Positions 62,432-64,000 of a DNA stretch of 64,000 nt are shown here, in pieces (the stretch's first letter is position 1; every line of letters begins with the position of its first letter). The position numbers and the translations under genes are program-made. Origin of the DNA: Vulcanimicrobiaceae bacterium. Lineage in GTDB: Bacteria; Verrucomicrobiota; Verrucomicrobiia; Limisphaerales; Palsa-1400. The notes beneath the pieces were generated by a model. It was not told the origin of the DNA. It worked only from the letters and a program-made list of their open reading frames with translations, and did no database searches. Location: assembly GCA_035511075.1 (NCBI GenBank), contig DATKFW010000034.1:45839-109838 (forward strand), written 5' to 3'.

Positions 62432-62937
62432 GCGCGGGTCTGTAGCACGTTGAGGGCCAACCCCCGAATCACAAGGTTTACCCCGGAAGCGGGGATTTTC
62501 GCCCGGCTAACGTTGCATTGCGACGGATAAATCTTGTTCGCAGCCGCTGGCTTAAGGTATAATAACTATCCCTGCACAGACGCCAATTGTTTCGGACCGC
62601 AATTTCCTTCCTCCTCTTTGCCGGACCGGGAACAGTCGGATTGATATTCCTGCTCAACGCCGGTTTTCAACGGCCGTCCGCCACCCCCAGCGAAAAACTC
62701 CGTCTCTCCGAGAAAATCCAGTCAATACGACAACGCGCGTCGGGCGCCAGTTCGTTGATCTCTTATTTGACCCCGCTCTGATGACCTAGGATTAAGACCG
62801 CGACTAACTGTCAAAACTGCTACGATGCGACCCGCAAGTAAAGGCGCCGTCTAGCTGAGTAGCAGAAAAGTAGACTATAAGTTACTGGGGGAAATACCGT
62901 ATATAGCTTTCCCCGTCTTTCCGCCGATGCTAATCAT

Positions 62938-64000
62938 GTGAATTTCAAAGACTTTTGCAGAAGCTCATTAGTCAAGCATCAGTCACTGCCTCCCGAGTCT
63001 CACGGACAATTAACCGCTCGGGATCAGTACCTGCCCGGTTACGATACGATTTTTGAACCGGCCGAAACGCCGCCCGCGCAACCTATCGGGCACGAAACGG
63101 CAGAGCTGCCGAAAGAACCATCTACTCGCGAGCAGAACGCCGTCGCCGCGGGAACCGACGCCGAAGTCACGCGCGAAGTGCTACTCAAAGCAGGGGCATT
63201 GCAGGGCGCCATTTTCAGCAGCGCCAACTTCTCCTGCATCGCCACCGATCAAAGAGGCGTCATTCAATTATTCAACGTCGGCGCCGAGCGCATGCTAGGC
63301 TACTCGTCCGCTGACGTGCTTGACAACGTCACTCCCGCTGACATCTCCGATCCCTACGAAGTAATCGCTCGCGCCAAGGCATTGAGCCTGGAGTTTGGAA
63401 ATATCATTGCCCCGGGGTTCGAAGCTTTGGCCTACAAGGCCTCGCGCGGCATCGAGGACGCGTTCGAGTTGACCCAGCTCCGCAAGGACGGCAGCCGCTT
63501 TCCAGCCATCATGTCAGTCACCGCCCTGCGCAACGCTCAGGGTGGAATCATCGGCTATCTCTTCATCGGCACCGACGACACCGCGCGCCGGAAAGCCGAA
63601 GCGGAAGTCAACAAGCTCGAGCAGCGCCTCCGCGACCAGCAGTTCTACACGCGCTCACTCATCGAATCCAGCGTTGACGCGCTGGTTGCCACGGACCCGC
63701 TCGGCATCATCACCGATGTCAACAAACAGATGGAAGTCATCACCGGCTGCCCGCGCGACGCGTTGATCGGCGCGCCTTTCAAAAACTTCTTCACCGATCC
63801 CAAACGCGCCGAAGCAGGCATCACACTGACTCTGGACGAAAAGAAAGTAACCGACTACGAACTTACCGCCCGCGCCAGCAACGGCAGGAAAACCGTCCTG
63901 TCCTGCAACGCCGCCACCGTGTGCGACCGCGATAGGAAATTGCGCGGTGTCTTGGTGACCGCGCGCGACGTCACGGACCAAAAACTCTCCGAGCAGGCGC
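62938..64000 (+). CDS. Sensor protein with at least two PAS domains; 3' end outside the window, start uncertain
   Basis: Absent from the ORF track because it has no stop in the window. My translation in frame 1 is open from 62881. PAS 1: ALQGAIFSSANFSCIATDQRGVIQLFNVGAERMLGY...LRKDGSRFPAIMSVTALRN..G.IIGYLFIGTD. PAS 2: SLIESSVDALVATDPLGIITDVNKQMEVITG. There is no in-frame ATG; candidate GTG starts are at 62938 and 63178. Confidence 0.75.
   Translation, partial: MNFKDFCRSSLVKHQSLPPESHGQLTARDQYLPGYDTIFEPAETPPAQPIGHETAELPKEPSTREQNAVAAGTDAEVTREVLLKAGALQGAIFSSANFSCIATDQRGVIQLFNVGAERMLGYSSADVLDNVTPADISDPYEVIARAKALSLEFGNIIAPGFEALAYKASRGIEDAFELTQLRKDGSRFPAIMSVTALRNAQGGIIGYLFIGTDDTARRKAEAEVNKLEQRLRDQQFYTRSLIESSVDALVATDPLGIITDVNKQMEVITGCPRDALIGAPFKNFFTDPKRAEAGITLTLDEKKVTDYELTARASNGRKTVLSCNAATVCDRDRKLRGVLVTARDVTDQKLSEQA

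Noticed and set aside
62587-62781. 64-aa plus-strand ORF with a hydrophobic N-terminus upstream of the PAS gene
   Set aside because: It has a TTG start and no recognisable motif, and it lies in the promoter region of the divergent receptor gene. The evidence is insufficient to call a gene.

Overview
High-GC (about 60% by eye) chromosomal segment whose gene content looks like the PVC superphylum (Verrucomicrobia/Planctomycetes-like). Lineage markers: a DUF1501 + PSCyt/DUF1549/DUF1553 pair, twin-arginine leaders on GH116, Gfo/Idh/MocA and nucleoside-hydrolase homologues, LamG/Ig secreted proteins, a DUF1080-ThuA fusion, a MoxR-DUF58-DUF4381-BatA-BatB/C operon, and an ECF sigma next to a Ser/Thr kinase. 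Most of the window is housekeeping: glnII, crcB + DUF190 behind a fluoride riboswitch, ribBA, ribH, ribF, comF, accD, rnr, nusA-infB-rbfA-nrnA-truB, xerC, an ABC/GldG/DUF4340 operon and a CBS-type family II pyrophosphatase. I saw no rRNA, tRNA, CRISPR array, transposase or prophage genes. Many long ORFs in the track are antisense or out-of-frame artefacts of high GC and of a 14-unit WD40 repeat. I could not identify a clear-cut novel multi-gene system. The best leads are: (1) an ECF sigma with a transmembrane Ser/Thr kinase carrying 14 WD40 units, followed by a decayed second sigma copy abutting a BrnT toxin relic; (2) a 140-aa minimal kinase-like protein paired with a PP2C phosphatase; (3) a degenerate receiver domain translationally coupled to a chlorite-dismutase-family protein; (4) a CBM9-like protein coupled to the DUF1501/PSCyt pair; (5) a 940-bp lower-GC stretch with no convincing gene, full of palindromes, upstream of ribH; (6) a lower-GC TonB-dependent receptor with a prepilin-like N-terminus. 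All homology calls come from motif recognition by eye, not from database searches.
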